This document shows positions 54,038-62,578 of a stretch of DNA of 64,000 bases, in pieces. The notes below the pieces were generated by a model. It did no database searches. It was not told the DNA's origin and saw only the letters and a list, made by a program, of their open reading frames with translations. How positions within the stretch are numbered: the first letter of the stretch is position 1; each line of letters begins with the position of its first letter. The stretch comes from Myxococcota bacterium (lineage in GTDB: Bacteria > Myxococcota_A > UBA796 > CAJQPC01). Position numbers and translations under genes: made by a program. Location of the stretch: the NCBI GenBank assembly GCA_036012755.1, contig DASCPX010000027.1, forward strand, positions 224,001-288,000, in the 5' to 3' direction.

Positions 54038-54604
54038 ATGCGGATGTTCGTAGCGGTTGGACTACTGGCTTTGTCGGCCTGCAAGACCGGCAAGGGAGGT
54101 GGGGACACAGTGGACCCCGACCTCGTTCGCCCCTACGTCGAGAGGCCGGCCGAGGACGGGCTCACGCTCGTCGAGATCGACCTCAACAGCGACGGGCGCG
54201 CCGATGTCTACAACTACTACCGGGAGCGCTCGCAGGCTTCCCGCCTGCTGGTGAAGCGAGAGGTCGACCTGAACTGGGACGGCCGGATCGACGTCGTCAG
54301 CTTCTACGACGAGACGGGCACGCTCATCCGCGAGGAGATGGACGGCGACTTCGACGGCCAGGTCGAGTGGATCGACCACTACCAGGGTGGTCGGCGCGTG
54401 ATGAGCGAGGTCGACACCGAGTTCGACGGTCGCTACGACCTCTACAAGTTCTACGAGAACGACCGCGTCCGGCGGAAGGAACGCGACACGACCGGCGACG
54501 GCAAGATCGACTACTGGGAGTACTTCGGCGACGACGGGGCCGTCGTGAAGACAGGCCGGGACCTCGACGGCGACGGCCAGATGGACGTCAGGGACGATCT
54601 CTAG
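54038..54604 (+). CDS. Lipoprotein with six Dx[DN]xDG-type Ca2+-binding-like loops
   Basis: Lipobox LSAC; DLNSDG, DLNWDG, DGDFDG, DTEFDG, DTTGDG, DLDGDG. Confidence 0.8.
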   Translation: MRMFVAVGLLALSACKTGKGGGDTVDPDLVRPYVERPAEDGLTLVEIDLNSDGRADVYNYYRERSQASRLLVKREVDLNWDGRIDVVSFYDETGTLIREEMDGDFDGQVEWIDHYQGGRRVMSEVDTEFDGRYDLYKFYENDRVRRKERDTTGDGKIDYWEYFGDDGAVVKTGRDLDGDGQMDVRDDL

Positions 54605-55388
54605 GGGACCGCAGTTGCGCCAGGGTCCGCTCCAGGGGCACGGCCGGTGACCAACCCAGCGCCTGCGCCTTGTTCGCCGAGCCGTACAGCACCGGGGCGG
54701 CGTGCTGGCGCCACCGAGCGGGATCCGGCTCGGGCTCGCCACCGCTGACCAGGCGGAGCAGGTCGACCAGCTTCCGCGGGACGCCAGAGCAGAGGTTGTA
54801 GGCCTCTCCCGCTCGGCCTCGCTCGGCGAGCAGGAGCACTCCTGCGGCGACATCGCGAACGTCCAGGTAGTCCCGAGACAGGCCCACGTTCCCGCAGCGG
54901 ATGCGACTCTGGCCTCTTCGCCCCTGCTCGGCCCACTCCGCCAGCGCGAGGTCCTGCGGCTGCCCGAGCCCGGTGAAGTTGAAGGGGCGCACGACGATGG
55001 CGCGCTCGGCGACGACGCGCTCGGCCGCCAGCTTGCTGCTCGCGTAGACGCCGCGGGGCGCGAGCGGGTGGTCCTCGGTGACTGGGAGGAACCGGGGGAG
55101 GCCATAGACGTGGCAGGTGCTGACAAAGACCATGACCGCACCCGGCTTCAGGGCCTCCAACACGTTGCGGGTCCCATTGACGTTGACCATCGTGGTCTCG
55201 AGGGGGTCCTTCTCCGCTCGCCGGGGCGACGTCTGGGCCGCGAGGTGGAAGACACGGTCATAGTCGCCGACGACCGAGCAGTCATCGGTCACGTCGAGCT
55301 CGGCCCGGCTCGGGGCATCGGCACCCGGGACCAGCGCGCGGAGGTAGCCGGCGAGGAAACCGGAGCCCCCCGTGATCAGCGTCTTCAC
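54588..55388 (-). CDS. NAD-dependent nucleotide-sugar epimerase/reductase (Rmd-like)
   Basis: TGGSGFLA, HLAAQ, YASSK, RPFN.TG, RDYLDVRDV; GTGA-coupled to gmd. Confidence 0.85.
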   Translation of the reverse strand: MKTLITGGSGFLAGYLRALVPGADAPSRAELDVTDDCSVVGDYDRVFHLAAQTSPRRAEKDPLETTMVNVNGTRNVLEALKPGAVMVFVSTCHVYGLPRFLPVTEDHPLAPRGVYASSKLAAERVVAERAIVVRPFNFTGLGQPQDLALAEWAEQGRRGQSRIRCGNVGLSRDYLDVRDVAAGVLLLAERGRAGEAYNLCSGVPRKLVDLLRLVSGGEPEPDPARWRQHAAPVLYGSANKAQALGWSPAVPLERTLAQLRSPRDRP

Positions 55389-56338
55389 GCCAGTCTCGCC
55401 AGTTCCGCCTCGACCATCATCCGGACCAGACCCGCGAAGTCCACGCTGGGCTCCCAACCGAGCGCCTCCCGGGCTCGAGAGGCGTCGCCGCGAAGACGAA
55501 CGACCTCGTTTCGCCGGTGGAGCCTGTCTGTCAGCACGACGTGCTCCTTCCAGTCGAGATCGACGACCTCGAAGGCGGTCCGCACGAGGTCCTCGACCGA
55601 GTGATTCACGCCCGTCGCGACCACGTAGGTACCAGGGCTGCGCCGGAGCATGGCCTGCATCGCGCGTGTGTAGTCGCTCGCAAACCCCCAGTCACGCCGG
55701 GGTGATAGGTTGCCGAGTGTGAGGTGTGACATCAAGCCGAGCTTGATCTTGGCCGCGCCGTTGGCGACTTTGCGGGTGACGAACTCGAGCCCCCGGCGAG
55801 GCGACTCGTGGTTGAAGAGGATGCCGCTGACGACGAACAGCCCGTAGACCTTGCCGTAGTTGAGCACCATGTGGTGGGCGTAGACCTTGGCGCAGGCATA
55901 GGGGCTCGCCGGCGCGAGGGGGGTGTCCTCGTTCTGGGGGCAGTCCACGCTGTTTCCGAACATCTCGCTCGAGCTGGCCTGGTAGAACCGGGCCGACGGG
56001 TGCACGCGACGGATGGCCTCCAGCAGCCGCACGGGGCCGAGTCCGGTCACCTCTGCCGTCAACAGCGGCTGCTGCCACGACACGGGCACGAAGGACTGGG
56101 CGGCGAGGTTGTAGACCTCGTCCGGTCGGAACTCCTCGACGATGTCGATGAGCGAGCCCGGATCATGGAGATCAGCGCAGTGGAGCGTGATGCGGTCGAG
56201 CAGGTGCTCTATGCGCCAGAAGTTGTCCGCGGACAGCTGGCGGTACAGACCGACGACCCGCACACCCCTGTCGAGCAGCTGCTCGGCGAGGTAGGAGCCG
56301 TCCTGCCCAGTGATGCCGGTGACGAGGGCGGTGGTCAT
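55385..56338 (-). CDS. gmd: GDP-mannose 4,6-dehydratase
   Basis: ALVTGITGQDGSYLAE, YNLAAQSFV, YQASSSEMFG, SPYA.AK, GILFNHESPRRG.EFVTRK, RDWG.A.DY. Confidence 0.97.
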   Translation of the reverse strand: MTTALVTGITGQDGSYLAEQLLDRGVRVVGLYRQLSADNFWRIEHLLDRITLHCADLHDPGSLIDIVEEFRPDEVYNLAAQSFVPVSWQQPLLTAEVTGLGPVRLLEAIRRVHPSARFYQASSSEMFGNSVDCPQNEDTPLAPASPYACAKVYAHHMVLNYGKVYGLFVVSGILFNHESPRRGLEFVTRKVANGAAKIKLGLMSHLTLGNLSPRRDWGFASDYTRAMQAMLRRSPGTYVVATGVNHSVEDLVRTAFEVVDLDWKEHVVLTDRLHRRNEVVRLRGDASRAREALGWEPSVDFAGLVRMMVEAELARLA

Positions 56339-56712
56339 TCGCGGGCGTCGATCTCCCGGGTATGCGTCACGGTGTTCTCGCCCTCCCCAAACCACTCGAT
56401 GGTGAACTTCGCAGGGCGCTCCGGGTCCGCGTAGACGACCGGGGAGTAGCAGAATTCAGCGTCACCGCCGGACTCGCTGGTCCAGGCCTCGTAGACGGTG
56501 ATGAGCTGACCGTCCGCGATGATCTCCGGGTCGAAGAAAGCGTCCTCGGCCTGGTAGACGCCGAGGCGCTGGATGACGACCCGGTCACCTTCCATGTGTA
56601 CGTCGAGGCTCGGGTCCTCCGGGTTGTCGAAGTCCCAGTTCTCACAAGGGGGCGTGTCCGTGCTCAGGGTCACGTCTCCAGCGCCGCAGCCCAGCATCAG
56701 GGCGAAGATCAT
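56335..56712 (-). CDS. Hypothetical small acidic lipoprotein
   Basis: MIFALMLGC after a GGAGGA RBS; ATGA overlap with gmd. Confidence 0.7.
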   Translation of the reverse strand: MIFALMLGCGAGDVTLSTDTPPCENWDFDNPEDPSLDVHMEGDRVVIQRLGVYQAEDAFFDPEIIADGQLITVYEAWTSESGGDAEFCYSPVVYADPERPAKFTIEWFGEGENTVTHTREIDARE

Positions 56713-56744
56713 GCTTCCTCCATCGCGCCGAGAGCATAGCCGGC

Positions 56745-57815
56745 TCACAGCACCTCGTTGAGATCCCGCTCCTCGAGGACCTCGATCACTTCCCTCACCC
56801 GCTGTGCCTGGTCCTTGCGACAGACCAACAGCGCGTCCCCGGTGTCGACCACGATGAGGTCTTCGACGCCGACGAGCGCGACGACCTTGCCAGGCGCGTG
56901 CACGATGTTGCCGCTGCTGTCGACCGCGACGATCGGATCTGCCACGCCGCGCCCACCTGCAATCCGCGGGAGGTGCTCAGCGAGCGCCGGCCAACTCCCG
57001 ACGTCGCTCCAGCCCAGCTCCGCGCGCACGGTGAGGACGTGGCGACTGCGCTCCATGATGCCGTAGTCGATGGAGATCGCGTCCATCTGCGGGTAGAGCC
57101 GAGCCAGGTCAGCCGGCTCGTAGCGGAGGCGTTCCAGGAGCGCCCACGTCTTCGGCAGGTGCTGCCTGAAGGCGTCTCGTGCAGCCTCGACCGTGAAGAC
57201 GAACATCCCGGCGTTCCAGAGATAGTCGCCGCTGGCGAGGTACTCCGCGGCGGTCGCGGCGTTCGGCTTCTCCACGAAGCGCCGGACGCGCAGGAAGTCG
57301 TGGGCCTCGAACTCCCCCAGGGTGCCGCCACATCTCAGGTAGCCGTAGCCGGTCTCTGCCCGGGTGGGCTGCAGGCCGATGGTGACCAGGGCGTTGGTCG
57401 CTCGGGCCGCAGCAGCGCAAGCGCGAAGGACGCCCAGGAACTCCTCCTCGTCCTCGATGATGTGGTCGCTAGGCAGCACGGCGACCACCGCCGTCTCACC
57501 GACGGAGCGACGCGCGATGTCCATGCACCCCCACCCCACGGCGGGGGCGGTGTTGCGGCCCACCGGCTCGACGAGGAAGTTCTCTCCTGGCAGCTCGGGC
57601 AGCTGCGCGATGACCGTCTCGGCCATGTCCCAGCTGGTCACCACGAGGATGCGCTCCGCCGGCAGCAGCGGCCGAATGCGGTCGACGGTCTGCTGGATCA
57701 AGGTGCGCTCGGTGCCCAGCGCGATGCATTGCTTGGGCGTTCTGCGGCGCGAGCGAGGCCAGAAGCGGGTCCCGCGCCCTCCGGCGATGACGAGCGCGTA
57801 GAGGTGGTCGTTCAC
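56745..57815 (-). CDS. manC: Mannose-1-phosphate guanylyltransferase
   Basis: AGG.GTRFWP.SR...PKQ, EP.GRNTAPA, PSDH, TGYGY, F.EKP, WNAGMF, SIDYG.ME, WSDVGSW. No PMI cupin domain. Confidence 0.95.
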   Translation of the reverse strand: MNDHLYALVIAGGRGTRFWPRSRRRTPKQCIALGTERTLIQQTVDRIRPLLPAERILVVTSWDMAETVIAQLPELPGENFLVEPVGRNTAPAVGWGCMDIARRSVGETAVVAVLPSDHIIEDEEEFLGVLRACAAAARATNALVTIGLQPTRAETGYGYLRCGGTLGEFEAHDFLRVRRFVEKPNAATAAEYLASGDYLWNAGMFVFTVEAARDAFRQHLPKTWALLERLRYEPADLARLYPQMDAISIDYGIMERSRHVLTVRAELGWSDVGSWPALAEHLPRIAGGRGVADPIVAVDSSGNIVHAPGKVVALVGVEDLIVVDTGDALLVCRKDQAQRVREVIEVLEERDLNEVL

Positions 57816-58270
57816 GCGAAGTGCTCCGGGTGAAGCTGGCGCGCCGCCTCGTAGCAGACGACCGCTACGGCATTCGCGAGGTTGAGGCTGCGCACCGCGC
57901 CAAGCATGGGCACATGGTACGCGCCCCGACGCTGCACGAGCCCGCGCGGCAGTCCGGCGGACTCGCAGCCGAACAGCAGCACGTCTTCGTCCCTGAACTC
58001 CACGCGGGTGAAGGGCGCCGCACCTCGGGCCGAGAAGAGGTGCACACGACGCCCGGCGGCCCAGTCCCAGAAGGCCTCTTCGGAGTCGTGTTCCTGGAGA
58101 TCGACCTGCCTCCAGTGGTCGATCCCGCTGCGCCGAACCTGCTTCTCGTCGGTGGAGAAGCCCAGCGGGTGGACCAGGTGGAGCTTCGCTCGAAGTCCGA
58201 CGCACAGGCGACCGATGTTGCCCGTGTTGCCCGGGATCTCGGGCGTCAGGAGCGCGACGTGGAGGCTCAG
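57812..58270 (-). CDS. trmL: tRNA (cytidine/uridine34-2'-O)-methyltransferase
   Basis: PEIPGNTGNIGRLC, LH.V.PLGF, RRSG.D.W, FG.E..GLP, RSLNLAN. Apparent CTG start at 58270. Confidence 0.92.
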   Translation of the reverse strand: MSLHVALLTPEIPGNTGNIGRLCVGLRAKLHLVHPLGFSTDEKQVRRSGIDHWRQVDLQEHDSEEAFWDWAAGRRVHLFSARGAAPFTRVEFRDEDVLLFGCESAGLPRGLVQRRGAYHVPMLGAVRSLNLANAVAVVCYEAARQLHPEHFA

Positions 58271-58878
58271 GCCTCGGCCGTCTCGGAGGGCTGGACGAAG
58301 GACCCGATGATCACCCGCGCCGGACGGATGACCCGCGTCCCGACCCGGTAGCCGACATCGAAGACCTGCACGACGCACCCATCGAGGGCCTCGTCATCCA
58401 CGGGCATCATGGTCAGCGCCTCGTGCACGCCGGGGTCGAAGATCTCCCCTTCCACGCCGACCGCCTCGAGGCCCAGGTTCGCGAAGCCGTCGTTGAAGGC
58501 CTTCTCGACGAGCACGAGCCCCTCGAGCACCGACTCCTCGACGCCGCCGCGTCGCATGGACTCGATGCTGCGGCGCAGGTTCTCCAGTGGCTCGAAGAGC
58601 TTGGAGACCACGTCTCCACGGAGGATCTCCTCCTTGAGGGCCTGCTGCCGCTCGAGGCGCATCTTGAAGGCCTGCATCTCCTCCTGCAGGTCCCGGTATG
58701 CCTTGCTGACGGTGCGGAGGCGGGCCTTGGTGTCGTTGAGCTCCTGCTGCAGCTCGGCGAAGGGATCGATGATCAGCTCGACAACCTCGCCCTCGATCTC
58801 TTCGCCGCCATCGGCAGGCTCGGTCTGCTCGACGGCCTCTTCGACCTCGGGTTCGGTGCGCTCTTCGGTGCCAGACAT
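58267..58878 (-). CDS. grpE: Nucleotide exchange factor GrpE
   Basis: Acidic N-terminus, coiled coil, FDP..HEA, V...GY....VIRPA.V; GGAGGT RBS. Confidence 0.88.
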   Translation of the reverse strand: MSGTEERTEPEVEEAVEQTEPADGGEEIEGEVVELIIDPFAELQQELNDTKARLRTVSKAYRDLQEEMQAFKMRLERQQALKEEILRGDVVSKLFEPLENLRRSIESMRRGGVEESVLEGLVLVEKAFNDGFANLGLEAVGVEGEIFDPGVHEALTMMPVDDEALDGCVVQVFDVGYRVGTRVIRPARVIIGSFVQPSETAEA

Positions 58879-58913
58879 CCGCTCACCTCCGGAGTCGCAT
58901 TACTAACCACCCC

Positions 58914-60155
58914 ATGGACGACAAGCAGACGCGGTTGATGACCATCCTCGCGGTGGTCCTTGTTGGACTGGTCCTGGCGATTCGCTTCGTCGAGCCACCA
59001 GATGAGCAGGAGGACGACGACAGCCCCGTGCTCGTCGACCTCGTCGAGCTGGAGCTGGAGGACGTCCAGTCACTCCGGCTCACGACCGAGGAGGGCAGCG
59101 TCACCGCAGAGAGGACGATGAGCGGGTGGCTCCTGAGCGAGCCCGATCCCGCCCGGGGCAATGGCGAAGCCCTCGACGAGCTCGTCGAGACCCTCGCCCG
59201 TCTCCAGGTGGAGCCCCCGATGGAGGGGGCGGACGCGAGCAAGTACGGCTTCGACGCGCCAGAGGCCACCATGCGGGTGGGGACCGCGAGCGGGGAGCAC
59301 CTCTTCGAGCTGGGGATGGAGAGCCCCGTCGGGTTCAAGACCTATGTCCGTCTCGACGGCGGCGATGTCCAGGTGGCCGCGGGTCGCCCCAAGCGCAGCA
59401 TCGTGCGCCCCCTCGAGAGCTTCCGTGATCGCCAGGTCCACGCCGTAGCCGCCCCGCTCATCGACGCGCTGCGCTGGTCCCCGGTCGAGGGCGAAGGCTG
59501 GTCCGTCGAGCGCCGCGACGGTGGGTGGTGGCTGGACGATGGGCGCCGAGCCAGCGACGCCCGGCTCCAGGGGCTGCTCGCGGCGGTCGACTCCCTCCAG
59601 TACGAGATCTTCTACCCGGAGCGCGGCGAGGACCCCTTCCCCTCCGAGCTGGCCCTGCGAGACGCCACCGGCGAGGCGATCTTCGGCTTTGGCGAGCTCG
59701 TCGGCGGCGGCATCCTGTTGCGCGGTCCGGACGGGACGGTCGGCACGATCGGATCCTGGGACACCCTCCAGCCTGCAGCAGCGGACCTGCTGGAGACACG
59801 CCTGCTCGCCGCCAGCCCCGCCTGGCTGTCCGAGCTCCACCTGAGCCTGGACGGGGTGGAAGCCACCTGGACGAAGGGTGACACCGGCTGGCTGCGCGAC
59901 GGAGTCGAGGACCCCCTCGCGATGCCGTCGATGCTCGTGCTCGAGCTCGAGGCCGACCGCGGCCTGGTCGGCGAGGACTTCGAGACTCGGACCGGCTTCA
60001 TCCGGGCAGGCGGCAATGGGCAGCTCGTCGAGGTCGTCCTCGGTCCAGCCACGGAGGGCGGGCGCTGGGCCCGCGAGGCCGGTGGTCCCAGCTTCCTGGT
60101 CCCGCAGCCGAGCCTCGACCGCCTCGCCTCGGCGCTGAGCAGCCCTGTTCAGTAG
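58914..60155 (+). CDS. DUF4340-like membrane-anchored periplasmic protein
   Basis: N-terminal TM helix; three internal repeats (W...P...A...V..L..L, YG...P, YV......V). Confidence 0.75.
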   Translation: MDDKQTRLMTILAVVLVGLVLAIRFVEPPDEQEDDDSPVLVDLVELELEDVQSLRLTTEEGSVTAERTMSGWLLSEPDPARGNGEALDELVETLARLQVEPPMEGADASKYGFDAPEATMRVGTASGEHLFELGMESPVGFKTYVRLDGGDVQVAAGRPKRSIVRPLESFRDRQVHAVAAPLIDALRWSPVEGEGWSVERRDGGWWLDDGRRASDARLQGLLAAVDSLQYEIFYPERGEDPFPSELALRDATGEAIFGFGELVGGGILLRGPDGTVGTIGSWDTLQPAAADLLETRLLAASPAWLSELHLSLDGVEATWTKGDTGWLRDGVEDPLAMPSMLVLELEADRGLVGEDFETRTGFIRAGGNGQLVEVVLGPATEGGRWAREAGGPSFLVPQPSLDRLASALSSPVQ

Positions 60156-61048
60156 GCCGTCGTGCGGAGCACCGGCATGGGCGCTCCGACGCGGACACAC
60201 TCCCGCACCTGCTCCGTCATCTCGACGCAGCTGAAGCCGTCGTCGAGCGACATCGAGATCTCGAGCGCGTCGGCGATGCGGGCGCTGGCCTCCGTCTCGC
60301 GCTCGTTGCCGAAGAGCCTCACCAGCCAGCCGATGGCGTCTTCTGGGTTGCGGGTGGGCACGCAGGCGATGACCCGGTGGCCGGACTCGACCGCCTGGAG
60401 CACGCAGGCCGCGACCTCCGGCTCCGGGACGTCCCCGACCGCGATGAGGTCCGGGTCGTGCCGCATCGCCGTGCGGATGCCGACGCACCAGCTCGCGGTG
60501 TCGATGCCGACCTCGCGCTGGCTGATGGCGGCGCGGCGGTCCGCGTGCAGGTACTCGAGGCTGTCCTCGAGCACGACGACGTGGCTGCCCTCGGTGGTGT
60601 TGAGGATGTCCACGATGCCGTTGAGGAGCTCCCGACGCCGGGTCCCACAGAGCAGGGTCAGGCCAGGGCGTTTCGGGATCTCCCCGTACTCGGCTGGCAC
60701 GCCGAGCCCCACGAGGGTGGGCACCTCTGTGGCCATGCGGTGTACGACCACGCCGAGCGAGCCGCGCTGCCGGAAGAGCGAGACGCGGAAGCGCCCGACG
60801 CCGCGCAAGCCAAAGGCGAACTCGTGCTCCTGACACCGGACGAGCGGAAACTCGACGCCAGCGAGCGCCATGAGCGCCTGGACGGCGGCCTTGGTGTCGC
60901 AGGGCGCGAGCTTCTGCCCAGCCACCGCCACCAGCTCGCCCTCGACGCGCATGCTCGGTCGAGCTGGCACCTTGAGGTGGACATCCGTGGCATCACAGTC
61001 GCGCGCCTGCTTGAGCAGGCGAAGCATGGCGTCTCGGTCGTACCGCAT
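60149..61048 (-). CDS. PilT/PilU-like protein with degenerate ATPase motifs
   Basis: ATDVHL...P..R..G.L, GRFRVS.F.QRG, ED..EY.H, QREVG.DT, R.DPD.I; Walker A replaced by LCGTRRR. Confidence 0.85.
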   Translation of the reverse strand: MRYDRDAMLRLLKQARDCDATDVHLKVPARPSMRVEGELVAVAGQKLAPCDTKAAVQALMALAGVEFPLVRCQEHEFAFGLRGVGRFRVSLFRQRGSLGVVVHRMATEVPTLVGLGVPAEYGEIPKRPGLTLLCGTRRRELLNGIVDILNTTEGSHVVVLEDSLEYLHADRRAAISQREVGIDTASWCVGIRTAMRHDPDLIAVGDVPEPEVAACVLQAVESGHRVIACVPTRNPEDAIGWLVRLFGNERETEASARIADALEISMSLDDGFSCVEMTEQVRECVRVGAPMPVLRTTAY

Positions 61049-61090
61049 GAATCGCTCCTGCGTTGCTCTTCGGACCAGCGCTCGGTTCGC

Positions 61091-62578
61091 TTAGCGCAGC
61101 GCGACCAGGCGGCGTCCGTCGACGGGGCCCTCCAGTAGGAGCTCCTCTCCGCTCAGCAAGGTGACGACTACCCGATCGATGGCGCTGGAGCCCCCCAGGC
61201 CGAAGTGGAGCGGCCGAAGGTGAGAGGCCTGGTAGCCCGGATCGCCGTCCATCCAGCGGGTCTGGACCACACCCCCGGCGTGGATCTCGACCCTGGCGTG
61301 CCGAGGCACGTCGATCTCCACCCAGCCCTGCTCCGTGCAGCCTCGTGAGAGGTAGAAGAGCAGCCGCTGTTCGATGTCGCTGGCCAGGATGTCGAGGACG
61401 CCGTCGCCGTTGAAGTCCTCTGCGAGGACGACCCGGTGGGAGCCCGTCTCCGGGAGACCGAGCCCGGGTCCGACGTCCTCGAAGCCCGAGGTGGTCCAGG
61501 ACAGCAGGTCCACCGCCGCCTCGTAGTGGGGCAGCCCGTCCTCCTCCGTCCAGAGGTCTCCCTCCGCGACCAGGAGGTCGACGTCGCCGTCGTTGTCGTG
61601 GTCCAGCCAGGCGCTTCCCCAGGCCATCGAGTGGTCCTCGACCGAGTCTGCGCCGGTCGCTGCGGTCACGTCGACAAAGCCCGCCCCCTGTCCCCTGAGC
61701 AACACGGAGCTGCCTGACGCAGCCACGTAGAGGTCTCGCTGGCCGTCCGCGTCGTAGTCGGCCTCTGAGACGCCCATCGCCGCGATGCCGATGTCGCAGT
61801 CGCAGGCCTCCGAGCCGTCCACGAGCGTGCCATCGCGGTTCTCCCAGAGCACGTTGGGGCCAGGCTGCAGGCCGTGGTCGTTGACCACGTAGACGTCGAG
61901 ATCCCCGTCGCCGTCCTGGTCGAGCACGTGGACGTCGAAGGCCGATCGCTGGGCCAGGTCCGGCTCCAGGGTCTCGAAGACCCAGGTGCTGCCGTCGAAG
62001 CGGCCCAGCCTGTCCGTGCGAGAGCTCGGATCCGGCGACGTCACCGCGGCGAAGATCTCCGGCACGCCGTCGCCCTCGAGGTCGACCAGGGCCAGCTCAC
62101 GGGCCAGGGCGCTGGTGTCCCCCAGGTCGATGTCCTCGCGAGTGAAGGTGCCACCCTCGTTCCACCCGATCCACAGGAAGGAGCCGGCCCCGAGCAGGTC
62201 GATGTCACCGTCCAGATCGACGTCACCGAGGTAGAGCGTTTCGCCGGCGTCGTGGAGGATCTGCGCTTGTTCGTGGAAGCCCTCGCCGTCGCCTCGGTGA
62301 AGGTAGAGCGGCTCGCCCAGGAAGCCACGGACCAGGTCTGCGTACCCGTCGCCGTCGAGGTCGGCGATGGCCATGCTGCCCCCGTCGAGGTGCTCGACGC
62401 CAGCAGTCACGGCACCCTCGAAGCCGTACTCTCCGCCGAGCTCGTCGTAGCCGAGGGCGACCGGATCGGGGCAGGACTGGACCTCTCCGAGCTCGAAGCG
62501 CTCGTTGTCGTTGTCCTCTGGCTCCTTGTCCGGGGGCACGGCGTACGGGGGAGGCGCGCATGCCAGGAGGACGATCAC
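61091..62578 (-). CDS. FG-GAP/VCBS-repeat lipoprotein with C-terminal ASPIC/UnbV-like domain (CRTAC1-like)
   Basis: Repeated DLDGDG..DL, DYDADG..DLYV, DHDNDG..DL, DFNGDG.LD; LHFGLG near the C-terminus. Confidence 0.88.
   Translation of the reverse strand: MIVLLACAPPPYAVPPDKEPEDNDNERFELGEVQSCPDPVALGYDELGGEYGFEGAVTAGVEHLDGGSMAIADLDGDGYADLVRGFLGEPLYLHRGDGEGFHEQAQILHDAGETLYLGDVDLDGDIDLLGAGSFLWIGWNEGGTFTREDIDLGDTSALARELALVDLEGDGVPEIFAAVTSPDPSSRTDRLGRFDGSTWVFETLEPDLAQRSAFDVHVLDQDGDGDLDVYVVNDHGLQPGPNVLWENRDGTLVDGSEACDCDIGIAAMGVSEADYDADGQRDLYVAASGSSVLLRGQGAGFVDVTAATGADSVEDHSMAWGSAWLDHDNDGDVDLLVAEGDLWTEEDGLPHYEAAVDLLSWTTSGFEDVGPGLGLPETGSHRVVLAEDFNGDGVLDILASDIEQRLLFYLSRGCTEQGWVEIDVPRHARVEIHAGGVVQTRWMDGDPGYQASHLRPLHFGLGGSSAIDRVVVTLLSGEELLLEGPVDGRRLVALR

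Noticed and set aside
58879..58913. CIRCE heat-shock operator upstream of grpE
   Set aside because: No TTAGCACTC-N9-GAGTGCTAA inverted repeat is present.
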